DNA of 64,000 nucleotides from NCBI GenBank assembly GCA_965235115.1, contig OZ249442.1, positions 21,452,001 through 21,516,000 on the forward strand, read 5' to 3'. Source of the stretch: Laetmonice hystrix (lineage: Eukaryota). Position numbers and translations under genes: made by a program. Under the pieces are notes generated by a model that was not told the origin of the DNA, made no database searches, and worked only from the letters and a program-made list of their open reading frames with translations. Below, in pieces: positions 11,168 to 24,389 of the stretch (positions are counted from its first letter, which is position 1; each line of letters opens with the position of its first letter).

Positions 11168-11531
11168 TTCAGCCCCTGTGACCGACTGTTATCACACAGT
11201 GCGTGCCACCTGTCGCCGACGGTGAATCATATAGTGTAATTTGTAGCCGATGCTCAGCCCCTGTGACTGATTTTCAGCCCCTGTGACCGACTGTTACCAC
11301 ACAGTGCGTGCCACCTGTCGCCGATGCTCAGCCCCTGTGACTGATTTTCAGCCCCTGTGACCGACTGTTACCACACAGTGCGTGCCACCTGTCGCCGATG
11401 CTCAGCCCCTGTGACTGATTTTCAGCCCCTGTGACCAGCTGTTACCACACAGTGCGTGCCACCTGTCGCCGACGGTGAATCGTACCGTAATTTGAGGCCG
11501 ATGCTCAGCCCCTGTGCCTGATTTTCAGCCC
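11168..11531. repeat. Minisatellite with two 74-bp inner units and two longer (102-105 bp) outer units
   Basis: ttcagcccctgtgacc starts at 11168, 11273, 11347, 11421 and (partial) 11523. Confidence 0.9.
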
Positions 11532-11855
11532 GAGGTCAGTGACCGATGTCGGGACCGCTTGCCTCTGCCCTTCCCCCTATCCCTCAGGATCTTGCAACAT
11601 TTAACACTAAAAGGTTTAAATGAAAGAAATCCCAATGGATCCCCATGCTGTAGTAGTAGTACCCCCACCCCCGTCCCCCTTTTCAACAACACGTACCTAC
11701 CCGTCTCCAGTCCAGCGACAACTACGCCAATCGACAGAAAAAAAATACGGCCCCGACAACACGACATGGCACAAAGCTGAAGGCCAACCGTATTGACCAC
11801 CCCAGTACAATCAACACTGAGGTCAACGGCGCCTTGAGCCCGTTGCTTCAAGCTT

Positions 11856-12746
11856 GCTTCCACAAGTAGTATATGGAATGTGGCGTATGACACAGGCATC
11901 CACAAGTAGTACCTATATGTGGAATGTGGCGTATGACACAGGCATCCACAAGTAGTATATGGAATGTGGCGTATGACACAGGCTTCGACAAGTAGTATAT
12001 GGAATGTGGCGTATGACACAGGCTTCCAAAAGTAGTAGGCTATATGGAATGTGGCGTATGACACAGGAATCCACAAGTAGTATATCGAATGTGGCGTATG
12101 ACACAGGCATCCACAAGTAGTATATGGAATGTGGCGTATGACACAGGCATCGACAAGTAGTATATGGAATGTGGCGTATGACACAGGCATCGACAAGTAG
12201 TATATGGAATGTGGCGTATGACACAGGCATCGACAAGTAGTATGGAATGTGGCGTATGACACAGGCATCCACAAGTAGTATATGGAATGTGGCGTATGAC
12301 ACAGACATCCACAAGTAGTATATGGAATGTGGCGTATGACACAGGCTTTGACAAGTAGTATATGGAATGTGGCGTATGACACAGGCTTCCAAAAGTAGTA
12401 GGCTATATGGAATGTGGCGTATGACACAGGAATCCACAAGTAGTATATGGAATGTGGCGTATGACACAGGCATCCACAAGTAGTATATGGAATGTGGCGT
12501 ATGACACAGGCATCGACAAGTAGTATATGGAATGTGGCGTATGACACAGGCATCGACAAGTAGTATATGGAATGTGGCGTATGACACAGGCATCGACAAG
12601 TAGTATATGGAATGTGGCGTATGACACAGGCATCCACCAGTAGTATATGGAATGTGGCGTATGGCACAGGCATCCACAAGTAGTATATGGAATGTGGCGT
12701 ATGACACAGGCTTCCACAAGTAGTATATATGGCCTATGACACAGGC
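11856..12746. repeat. 40-bp minisatellite, about 22 copies, with a ~363-bp higher-order repeat
   Basis: Unit acaagtagtatatggaatgtggcgtatgacacaggcatcc. The variant ggcttccaaaagtagtaggctata recurs at 12021 and 12384. Confidence 0.95.
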
Positions 12747-14344
12747 GACGTTATTGCCAAGTTTTAGAAATGGTCTGTCACGAATCAACAATTCCTACAG
12801 TGCTTCACTTGTAAAAACTATATAATATGCTACTATAGTATGTACCTTAAACAAGCATACATAATAAATATACAAGGGCCATATAAGGTAAATCATACCA
12901 CTGCTACCTAAAAGTTGATGTTGTAAAATGTAATTTCCTGATTTGGGGTGACAGGTTCCAACGTAAATTAAATTTGATGTCTCTAGAGTTTGGTAGCAGA
13001 TGGCACAATTTAATTTCTAGTTTGTACAAGGATTTTTGCATAGTTTTGATCTCCCATGCCGGATTTCCCGATTCGTCTAAATACATTGTTGTTCCCGCCA
13101 TGTTGTACCCTTGAGAAGGCAAGCCGTGCATGTCATTGCCCTTGTGTACCTGTTCCTGGGTAATGTTGAACAATAACAAAACGGAAGGTAATTATGAATT
13201 TATCAACTTCGTTGCATGCAAACGTTGGGTTAAATTCTCATTCTCAATAAAATGCCAACCCGCGTGTATAAAAAAAATAACACGCACTTGGAAGCCGAAA
13301 ACCGCACTTCAAAGAAATCAAATTACTGGCACCGTATGATGCCAAACGGTTACACCGCAGTTTTATGGATATAAGCAGACAACCTGACTGCGACTGGTAT
13401 CCAAGCGGGGCATGCTTACATACAAACTAACATGAAAGTTGCATGTTCATGCAATCTCAGCCAATACCAGAATATTCAATAGTTTCCTTTGGTATAAGAT
13501 ATTTTCCGGAGGGGCTGATGTCGTAGTTTGGGACTTTGGTTCCGCACAAATGCTGATTGCATGACAAGCAAAAAAAGAACAAAAGAAAGAACCCGACCCA
13601 TCGTTTACCGCATATTTGATAGAAAACTACGGCAACACACTGCATATGCGTCCCTACAGTACTGAATTTGGTTAAATGTCCAACATCGAAAAAACTTTGA
13701 GGTGATATAGGCCAATGCAGTTTAACCCGCCTGACCATACACGGTCCATGTACAAAGGGACGTGTCCGTCTTTGTATTTTCCTACACGACAAGAGACACT
13801 GAAAAATAAGTTACGCATGATGTATCGAAACATATTACTTTTTATCGTAACTTGACAAGGAATATCATCCTCTAAGAATTCAGATGGTGGAACTCTCACG
13901 GTCTGTTTGAATGGGGCATTTCGTATGACACCAACCGTCTGTTCCCAATATGTTTATAATTACTCTCCGCCTTGACCTTTATGCAGGACCGAGAGGCTCA
14001 TCATGTCTTAAATAATGTTGTTCTCAGATCTGCGGGAATCTCTTGGAATCACGTATGCTACATGTCTCTTGGAATCACTGATACTGCCCTTGGGGTGTGA
14101 AACGGCAGTGACGAAGTGATAGTTATGAGCCCCTCGTGTTGAATAATTCATCTTGTCCTAATGCACCGTACCTTTGTGTCGTGAACCGGAAGTAAATGAG
14201 ATACATGCGTGACCTTTGACAGCAAGGATCGCGCGTCTTCTTGTTTGTTGACTCCCTGAACTGAATTATCGGGTTACTTCAGTTAAAGAGGCCAGTAGTG
14301 CATCCAATCAGAAGTTGCCATTTGAGCTCGCAGTAGTGTATCAA

Positions 14345-15644
14345 GGCCCGGCCACACAGGACGCGTATTCGTCACGTCACGTCACGACACGATGTTTCCG
14401 CTTGTCTGAGACGCATCCAGTGTGGCCAGCACAATTCATTCACATGGTGACCGACAAATTCTCGAGTGTGACCGGAGACGCATCCAGTGTGGCCAGCACA
14501 ATTCATTCACATGGTGACCGACAAATTCTCGAGTGTGACCGGAGACGCATCCAGTGTGGCCAGCACAATTCATTCACATGGTGACCGACAAATTCTCGAG
14601 TGTGACCGGAGACGCATCCAGTGTGGCCAGCCCCGTTCATTCACATGGTGACCGACAAATTCTCGAGTGTGACCGGAGACGCATCCAGTGTGGCCAGCCC
14701 CGTTCATTCACATGGTGACCGACAAATTCTCGAGTGTGACCGGAGACGCATCCAGTGTGGCCAGCCCAGTTCATTCACATGGTGACCGACAAATTCTCGA
14801 GTGTGACCGGAGACGCATCCAGTGTGGCCAGCACAATTCATTCACATGGTGACCGACAAATTCTCGAGTGTGACCGGAGACGCATCCAGTGTGGCCAGCA
14901 CAGTTCATTCACATGGTGACCGACAAATTCTCGAGTGTGACCGGAGACGCATCCAGTGTGGCCAGCCCAGTTCATTCACATGGTGACCGACAAATTCTCG
15001 AGTGTGACCGGAGACGCATCCAGTGTGGCCAGCCCCGTTCATTCACATGGTGACCGACAAATTCTCGAGTGTGACCGGAGACGCATCCAGTGTGGCCAGC
15101 TCCGTTCATTCACATGGTGACCGACAAATTCTCGAGTGTGATCGGAGACGCATCCAGTGTGGCCAGCCCCGTTCATTCACATGGTGACCGACAAATTTTC
15201 GAGTGTGACTGGAGACGCATCCAGTGTTGCCAGCCCAGTTCATTCACATGGTGACCGACAAATTCTCGAGTGTGACCGGAGACGCATCCAGTGGGTTCAT
15301 TCACATGGTGACCGACACATTCTCGAGTGTGACCGGAGACGCATCCAGTGTGGCCAGCCCAGTTCATTCACATGGTGACCGACAAATTCTCGAGTGTGAC
15401 CGGAGACGCATCCAGTGTGGCCAGCACAATTCATTCACATGGTGACCGACAAATTCTCGAGTGTGATCGGAGACGCATCCAGTGTGGCCAGCACAATTCA
15501 TTCACATGGTGACCGACAAATTCTCGAGTGTGACCGGAGACGCATCCAGTGTGGCCAGCCCCGTTCATTCACATTGTGACCGACAAATTCTCGAGTTGGA
15601 TAGGAGACGTGACGGGACGGATACGCATTCTGTGTGACCAGGCC
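14345..15644. mobile_element. Non-autonomous TIR element (MITE-like, possibly PIF/Harbinger) containing a 67-bp tandem array
   Basis: 39-bp inverted repeats at 14345-14383 and 15606-15644 (33/39 identical). Possible degenerate TCA/TTA target duplication if the termini are AGGCC/GGCCT. Confidence 0.75.
14408..15596. repeat. 67-bp minisatellite, about 18 copies
   Basis: Unit gagacgcatccagtgtggccagcacaattcattcacatggtgaccgacaaattctcgagtgtgaccg; one copy near 15294 is about 11 bp shorter. Confidence 0.95.
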
Positions 15645-15789
15645 TTTACAGTGTGGCTAAATGACATTGTTTCTGCCTATAGTATAGGCCTACAGGGCCG
15701 AGCAATTTACGGGCAAGTGGCAATTAAAGGCAGGGTAAACACCCACGGCAAATAAGGTTTCGTAGACCAAATGAAACACCAGCATTTAC

Positions 15790-16093
15790 CTCAGGGCAAT
15801 AAATGCCACAATTACGTTGTCTGAATGAAGTAATTAACGTGTAACCGCCCGATGTATGACGCCGCTGGTTCTTACCTTGACCTGCTTGTGTGTTCATCAG
15901 AGCCGAATTCTGCACACCGCGGCGTATTGCGTGTTACTCTGCTCACAGACCTTGTCTACACGATGTTTGGAACAACGTTTGTAAACGTCCGAGGTGATGA
16001 ACACACAAGCAGATCCAGCAGCGTCACACATCGGGCAGTTACACGTTAATTACTTCATTCAGACAACGTAATTGTGTCATTTATTGCCCTGAG
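15790..16093. mobile_element. Foldback/MITE-like element, 304 bp
   Basis: 79-bp inverted arms at 15790-15868 and 16015-16093 (75/79), plus a perfect inner 18-bp pair at 15882-15899 and 15995-16012. No TSD identified. Confidence 0.75.
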
Positions 16094-16235
16094 AGGGCAA
16101 TGACAAACTGCCCCGTCCCGTCACCCCCCGGATAGATTATAGGGAAAATTTAATAAACGCTTATTTGTTGTTAATTCTTGTTTACTGTTGGCTCTTTTTC
16201 TCAAATTAGAAATAATTCAAGCGCACATAATAAAC

Positions 16236-16352
16236 ACGTAACGGGATTTGGCTCTGGAAAGTATGGAACTCGATGCAGTTTCGTGCCGTATTCATGCGCC
16301 AGGTATCTCGTTCCATACTTTCCCGCAGTGAAAGACCCTCATTCCGTTACGT
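16236..16352. repeat. Small nested inverted repeat
   Basis: ggaaagtatggaac (16256-16269) pairs with gttccatactttcc (16310-16323); outer pair acgtaacgg / ccgttacgt. Confidence 0.7.
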
Positions 16353-19300
16353 ATTTGTATTTTTCAACACATAATCCCGACTGCAATCCAAAATACAGCA
16401 CTGGAAAATCTGTCGTGATGTCACCTTTCCCTCGAGCCTCGGGGGCGAAAGGTGGGAGCCAATGGCTGTATCGCAAGATTAGAACTATCATCAGAAACCG
16501 ATCATCGTTTGCGTTATATATTGACAGATGTTTCTTCTGAGACGCCAAGGCCAGAAGGCATAGATGACTGAGAATAAGTACATGTGTCTGAATACCGTGA
16601 CTGTCACCCCTAGATGGGGTATTTCACTGATAATGGTCATACTGAGGTCATTTGACACAGCGTCATCCTTGCCAAACGTGCCTGAGTGATGCACGCACAG
16701 CTCAACATTGTCCTTGCCGGAAGGAAATAGAAATGATGATCGCCTGTTCCCGTGACGTCATTCAATCATCCATAATGTCAGCAATTGCCAATAGAAATAC
16801 TGGTTTCGGATAGATTGTTATGTTCAGCAACTTGTAAGTCTAGCGCAGTAACGCCATCAAGACGTCAAGCGTCAGGAGCGGGTATTTTTGATAGGCGATG
16901 TAGGAAATGTGAATGTTATCAACGGGAAGAGAATTATATTGATGTAACCAGCACGTATTAGATCCATTGTCTGTGACCTTTCTCCCCGCCACAGATGGCG
17001 GATGTTATGTAAACAGATACAAACACTCGCGAACAATAAGGTATTCGGAATTGGCATATCATATGGCGAATCTTCTCTCGCGTCGTGGTCAACAACCAAA
17101 TGCGGGGATTATTATAGACTCATTTGAGGCGTTGGGGATCTCCCGTATCAACCCTCTGAAAGCAGATCTCTGTTGTTCTGGCAGTTTACTCTTTCAGTTG
17201 GAGCAGCTAATCCAATGAATCCGTGCAAATAGATACGATGTAGGCAGGCAACATTACGTGTTATAAGTGTCTTTTTTTTTCGGTCATCTGGCGAAAACGG
17301 AAATGAACACTGCAATCTGTGAGGCAAGGGGGTACTATATTTAAGCCCCACGTCAACTCCAGCGGAAATCTGTCCCATTGATCAGGTATCCGTGTTTCGG
17401 AATCCTCTGAAGTGTTTGCAGAACAAAATTCAGGAATCCCTTCAACGTTATTTGTAACTGATCTGTTTTCCACGCTCTGAACCGATAACTGCAAATAAAC
17501 GGAATAACGATGCCCATCATGTACTGGATGACTCTGAAATGCAGAAAGGAGATTTACTCCGCAGCTTTCTTACAAACAGTTCAGATTCTGTGGGAAGATA
17601 AGCGAAGATGACGGCTCTGACTAATTGCCAATCACCAATGTCAACTCAGTGAGAGGATCACTGTATCAAATCGACGGCTAGGCGAGCAGGATCTGCGCTA
17701 GTGCTCAGAAGTAAAGCCTTACAGTAGGCAGTTAATAAACTTAATAAAATCTCATCGATATTGTATTGAAGTAAAGGTTAAAACTATCGAAACGAAAGGG
17801 ATATCACAGACATGTGCCCCGATGCAAAGGTCAGTCGTCACAGACAGGACATAAACTCGGGATCGTGTATCCCAAAATTTAATACCTCTATTCAATGTCG
17901 ACTGGCCTTCAACGCATCGGGCCAAAAGAAAGAAATTAGGCTAGTCACCAGCACCCCGTGGTGGTTCAGCGTGAACTTTTCCCACTCGTTCCCATTCAGA
18001 GTTCCGTTTACCGTCATCTTGAGTCCTGCCTAGAGCTCCTTACTCGTGTGACTCGTACATACACCTGACAGAAGGTAATTCGAGACTGCAAGGGTGTAAT
18101 AGCCTACTGTCATTACCATGTATAGATTATAGCCCGGCGGGTAAAGTTGGCCCCTATTTCGGGCATACAGTGGCCATCATTAGAACAAGTCACGTTTCTG
18201 TCCAATGTTTCTACGACGTATTGCGAAAGAGAAAGGTTGTTTGCAATAGGCTGACCTCAAGACACCCTGAGCCTTAGTTCGTTGCTAAGTGACGGGTGAA
18301 TTATTTTCCGGATTTGTCTCCATACTTACATCATCATCCGATATATTTGTCCTTGGTCTTTGTGAATTGCGGAAGGGCCATTGACCAGTCTGCTGAGTGC
18401 AAGGCGGGGGGAGGGGGGGTCTAGGACCCTTATAATAGCCTTAGTTATTCCTAGTGGGTCACACTGGACGTGTAAATCGCTTAGGAGTCATTAGAAAGAA
18501 ATATGGTTTCCGACTTCAGATTGGACCACTACATATACATCCATGTTGGAGTACTCTTGTGATGAGTGATACTTGTTTGATTTGACGTCAAGATGTCTAT
18601 GTGGTGGATGGTGCGTGAGTGGCCCTGACCATGCGCATCACGTAGGTCCTAATGATGAAAGGCCTCCGCTGGTAAACATATGAGTTTAGGTATAGGCCTA
18701 CATTGTGTATACCGGCCTTCTTTTCTTATCACAGAACCGGAGGGCACTTCGTCCGACACAGTAAATACTACCGGGCCGTCACGCCATCGTGCCACATTAG
18801 AAGGTTGTTGTTCGCGTTTTACCTGCATGTCCTCCAGGTTGTCAGAAGAAAGGTACAGCAACTGGCCATATGGCCCACAGCCATGGGTGGTTGCCATCCA
18901 AGTTCTGGTAGGCAGAGAATAACAGCGGTTCAACTGCCGAGGTCGGTTTAGACAGATGGTCCATCTGTTCGATTTATCACTAACAAGTAGAAAATGAAAG
19001 ATAACATTGTTAACTTCGCAGCCTATTCCATCAGAACCTTTCTGCCAACCGATACTCCCGCTGACGTATTTTGACCACATGAATATAAATGACGTTCCCA
19101 AGGTTCGGTTCTACCTTCTTGTCTACTTCAGGGAAAGATTACAGGGGAAAATATCGCGAGGAACTAATTTGACAGGAGGATGGATTGCTCCTGAACATAC
19201 GACGCCGATAGCTTCCCCCTTTCTTCTCATCAGTGAGAAAGTCACCTCGCATGTGTAGAGCCATTCTTAGAGCCGCGGCAGTCGCCACTAGATTTTGAGA

Positions 19301-20429
19301 TATAGGAGAACGTTGAAGCGCTACTTCCCTCTACTAATTACTGAAAGTTTTACTGCAGTTTGTTTTAGTTCGGCCAAGAAAGCCACAAATTAATCACTGT
19401 ATATCAATCAACCATATCACATCTAGAAAAAGTCAAACCGGGACTATGGAAGGATATCTATAGTTATACCTGTAGTCACACAAGACATGACTAGTCACAC
19501 TGCTATAAGTCCAGTGGTAACTTGGCTAACGGGATACCTCACCAATTTCAAACAAACATGTATTATAGACACACAGGACATTGCACGCTTCCTTGGTAAC
19601 ATTCTCCTATGCATGTCAGGAAGCTTATCATGTCTTGTATAACCATAGAACTGTATAACTTAGCCAAATGGACATACGATGGACAAAGGCTGACAGCAAC
19701 TTCTGACGGCCAATCGCAGACTATTGCATATGGAGACGGTGAAAGTGTCTCATCACCACAAGGAGTTTGGTGTTCGTAACTTATGCCGGATCAGATCTGT
19801 TTTCCGATCCCAATGTCTGGCAGTGCTCTAACTCAGACAGGCGTCGCTTGTCGAATGAGGAACCTTTGGTCCGCCAATATTGATCTCAGCTCTAATGGAT
19901 GAGCGTAAACATAGAATAACATTCAGGTCACAAACATCTTTAGAGGTGCTTCTCCGATTTCAAGTTGTTTTTCATCTTGGCATACATTGGGGCAACATAT
20001 CCGTGTGTACGGTTGTCTCTGAAACAAACGTTGCTGCTATTTGAATTGGCTGCACGAATTATGATACCGTATAGAACATGTTTTTACTTCAAGCACCACA
20101 TCTGTCAGACAACGAACGTCATCCTAAAAGGAAAAGAGTGATGACAAATAGATCGCAAGCACAGACGATGTGACTACACACTGTAATAGAAGCAAGGAGG
20201 GAAAACGGAGGATTGCTGAAATTTCAAAAATAAGGAAATCGTCTGCCTGAACCCCGCCAATACAAACCTGTAACACCTGTCTGCCGTCTCTTAATGCTAC
20301 AATAGATTGTTTGACATCTTCCGGTTTGAATAGAATGTTTGTAAACGTCTCTCAAATGTCCTAGTAGGGACGGTTGCATGTGTGTAAACAGATTCACGAG
20401 AATTGGAAAAGCGGTTTTAGGAAAACAAA

Positions 20430-20820
20430 TCTGTACTGGTTGTGTGACGTTTATTGTCTGGGCAAGTTCTGTACTGGTTATCATAGTGTGATGTTTATTG
20501 TCTGGGCAAGTTCTGTACTGGTTATCATAGTGTGATGTTTATTGTCTGGGCAAGTTCTGTACTGGTTATCATGGTGTGACGTTTATTGTCTGGGCAAGTT
20601 CTGTACTGGTTATCATAGTGTGACGTTTATTGTCTGGGCAAGTTCTGTACTGGTTATCATAGTGTGATGTTTATTGTCTGGGCAAGTTCTGTACTGGTTA
20701 TCATAGTGTGATGTTTATTGTCTGGGCAAGTTCTGTACTGGTTATCATAGTGTGATGTTTATTGTCTGGGCAAGTTCTGTACTGGTTATCATGGTGTAAC
20801 GTTTATTGTCTGGGCAAGTT
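20430..20820. repeat. 44-bp minisatellite, about 9 copies
   Basis: Unit gtgacgtttattgtctgggcaagttctgtactggttatcatagt. Confidence 0.95.
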
Positions 20821-23800
20821 AGAGCAGTGAAGACGACGCCAACCAACATCTTCTTTGTACTACAACTACAGAGGCATCGACATTAAAGACATTTTTGGTA
20901 TTCAAGGTGAAACTTGGTATGACCTGAAAACAAAGTCATGGCGATGCAAAACAAGAACGCACACCGCACAGAACCTGTCCTATGTTCGGATCGATACTGT
21001 ATATATATATAGGCCTATACCACGACTTGGCTTCACCTGGGCCAAGTATTATCTTAGACTACCTAAAGCACACAACAGCTAATTAATAAGTTAAATTAGG
21101 GAAGATTTACTTTAATATTACATTTTATTGCTGTTATCATGTGAATTTTAGACGACGTATTCACGGATTTCCATTTAATCTGTTTCGCCGATAGAAGAAT
21201 GGTGGCATAGACCTACAGTTATACTATGATGCAAGAACTACAATGCGATACAATGCACTTATATCAAAGGGTTCGAAATAGAAAGGATCCCCTTTCTTTG
21301 CGTACTAAATAACCTGCATTGGAGCTTCGAGGTATATGGTCCCTACACCTCCCAAAAACATATCCGTATCTTATCCCTATCCCTATCCCTGACCTTAACC
21401 CGAACCCCTGCCAAAACATTTTGTGGGGAAGTTATCATGGGGGGAATAACCTGCGGAGAGCCATACTTATTATTATATTCAGATTACATACCCTTGATAA
21501 CTTCAGGTATTGATATACATACGGATACTGATAACGGACGTAGTGACTGGTTGGGCAGACATCTGGACGGATATCAGAGCTCAGTCGATTGATTAAATCC
21601 TTAATAGGAACACACGCTGTTTGCATTTACCCACAAGCTGGTCGAGGTGTATCTTTTAACCCCTGTTGATCTCAGTGGCAGCCAGATGTTTCCCGGGCTG
21701 ATGGACTTAAATGGTGTTTACAATCTCCAGACCACAGCGGGCTGTTCGTTGGGGTTATTGCCTGCCGGAGCACTTTTTGAAGGATGTGAGCGTCGGCGTT
21801 ACGACAATTTTCTATTGATCCCGGCCCCCATGAGTGGTTCGGTAGTTACGGTAGATCCGCCCCCTCACCACCTCATCTCCCACCCTGGTCTTTCCTCCAG
21901 GAATCACCCCGTCCATCTGGAATATATTCGTTCGTTTCATCACCCTGTTGGAACCAATCTCACGCTGACAAACTCCCTCAATGACTCTCTTTTTCTGTAG
22001 CTCTCGTAAGGATGTCCTTAGCCTGTAGAATGGTGATATAATTTCTTCTTTCACCGAAGGCTGAACTGGCGCATTTTTTGTTCATGCCAAAAGTGAATAC
22101 GACCGAGGAGAAAAATGTTTGTCCGACAGGTTGGGGCAGTATGTATCATTTCTGCTGCCAATTTACTCTGTGAAATCGTAAAGGAATAAAATCTTTATAA
22201 TTTTATTGAGGCGGTAGCTGATGAAATCAGCCCAGTAGGGGAAGAGAATTAATGAATATTTAAGGGATGCATCAACAGTAGCTGTTTTGCGCAATATCAG
22301 AAACCAGAGACCATGCCGATAATAACCTTTTGATCTGGGACACAACGTATTAACGTCATACTGTTTGGCAAGCCGTGTATATAATATCGTCGGTGTTGTT
22401 TAAAAATATTGCCGATATTTTAGTCACTTTCGCCATGATGGCTTACCACCTGCGTTTCTTGGGGAGTGGTTCTCGGAACTCCCCTCCGTTCCCTGACAAT
22501 TACTATGTGTTACCAAGGACATCTACATTCATACTTCCCAATTGATAGAACGGCTCCACACGACCAATCAACGGCTACAGCCTGAGCCAATCATAATAAG
22601 TCGGAATACAGCGGTTTCAATAAGTTATAACTCCTTGCAGATTTACCTCGACCTTATCGGGTACAAGTGTACATGTCTTTTCAACACTTAATTCGCCTTG
22701 GAGCAAACGTCCTTTTTGTAGATATAATGCTTATGATGTTCGTACCAGGCATGTTCCACCTTGGCTGAACTTCCTTAAAGATACTGAAAATTATGACCGG
22801 TATTCTAGACAAATCTAATCCTCCTTGTAACATTTTATCCGTCTACGCGATAACGTGCTTCAGAAGACGGCAAAGAACTGGGTGCAAATGGAATGGCCGC
22901 ATGCCTACACGCTTCAGTGTGCCAAAGGGAGAATGGCACAAAAGAAAGCAAGATTTCGCACTGCCAAAGGGACATGTCATTGTACGTTTTACTGACTTAG
23001 TGAAAGTACTTCCTTGATTAGGTTCTGGTATGGTGAATAGTCGATGCCGGTTGAATGTGCTTCTGATAAATGATTGATGCTACTCTGGACCACTCCAGTC
23101 TAACCAGTGTTCTTGCCAATGGAGAGATATCGTTGTGAATGGGAATCTGTCGATTCGGTTCCTGAAGAGTATTAGATTTTTAATGAATACACGATACTTT
23201 GTCAATAGTAAATGACGTAACCCACAAGATGGTATCTTTTGTTGAGTGCTTATTTCAATACCATGTTCCTTAAGTTTGTAATAGTTCCGGGTGGCCCTGA
23301 TATGGCCAGGTTACGGAGACTAGGATGATTGGCTGGTATGGCCAGATTAGTAGGATTAGCTGACATTGCCGTGTTTTTGCGATGGGCTGATATATCGCCA
23401 TGTTACGGACACGGGATCCCAACCGACTAATATCGCTGCATTACCATTATATTTTATATTAGCGCATGTTTAAGGGAAGGTTAAGCAAGGTAATGTTCAA
23501 AAAGTATTAAAAAATACTTCTATCTTTTACATGGCCATCTGCTTGTTGGCCAACATATCACAGGAAAGATACTACTCTACAGTAAGCCTAAAGTAGACCT
23601 GATGTGATCGTTTTCCTGCGACTAATGACACTAACAAAACTGCTTAAACCGGGAAAAGACTAGATCTTTTTTTGGAGCCTGAGAGGCGTGCCGGCCAATG
23701 TTATAATTTGTTAGTGCCATCGATCACAACGTTCTGGTCGTAAACGTGCCACAGCCAATTCACCAGGCCGAGTGGTTAAAACCGACAAGCCTGAGGACCT

Positions 23801-24216
23801 CGGTGTTGGCTTGGCAGAGAAAGCAATGTCCGAACACTGGGAACGCTGAAATCCTTGAATTAAGGCGCCGGGTTTGTCTACCTCTCCACAGCCACTCCCA
23901 GAAACACGGTGTGCACTTCGGACAACATCATGCCCTGCACGTTGTCCGCCGAGCTGGCGGACACAGGCAACGAGTGAGAAACGTCGAGTCGATACAGATG
24001 GAGTGCTTTGTCGTGCTTCGGAGTTTAAACAGCGCTGAGTATGCTCAATTGGAGTGGCCCGTAAGGTTTTAAGGTAAAGCTTAGCCACAATGCTGACCAA
24101 ATGACGGGGCCGTATAAAATTTGCCTGCATTCTCTGGTAAGAGAGAGCTTGAGGATGTTCGGGCTGAAAGATGGGCTCAGCGCTTCTTTTGTCTAAATTC
24201 TCAGGAGATACGGGTA

Positions 24217-24389
24217 CAGGGCCGGATCCAGGATTTCTTTTTTTGGGGGGGGGGGGGGGGCACAGGTGTGTGGGTGGATGAATGGATCCATAGCTACCTG
24301 ACATGGGCAAGGGTCACTCAGTATGAGGGGGGTCAAAACCCTGCTTTTGAAAAAATTCGGGGGTGCCCCCCCCCCTTAATCCGCCACTG
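24217..24389. mobile_element. 173-bp MITE-like element with CAG-starting TIRs
   Basis: cagggccggatccagg versus revcomp cagtggcggattaagg (12/16). Poly-G lies inside the left end and poly-C inside the right end; gggta flanks both sides. Confidence 0.65.

Noticed and set aside
11525-12791. 384-aa and 292-aa minus-strand ORFs
   Set aside because: Produced by a 40-bp stop-poor repeat cycling through frames; no coding evidence.
14315-15755. Short repetitive ORFs, or a CRISPR-like array
   Set aside because: Pure tandem monomers with no unique spacers and no cas genes, in eukaryotic context.
474-18590. CRE palindromes TGACGTCA at 474, 16753 and 18583 as regulators of the neuropeptide gene
   Set aside because: Three 8-mers in 64 kb is near chance, and none lies in the proximal promoter.
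21360-21420. ccctat/cctaac-like repeats as telomeric or Helentron signature
   Set aside because: Only 3-4 degenerate units and no identifiable element ends.
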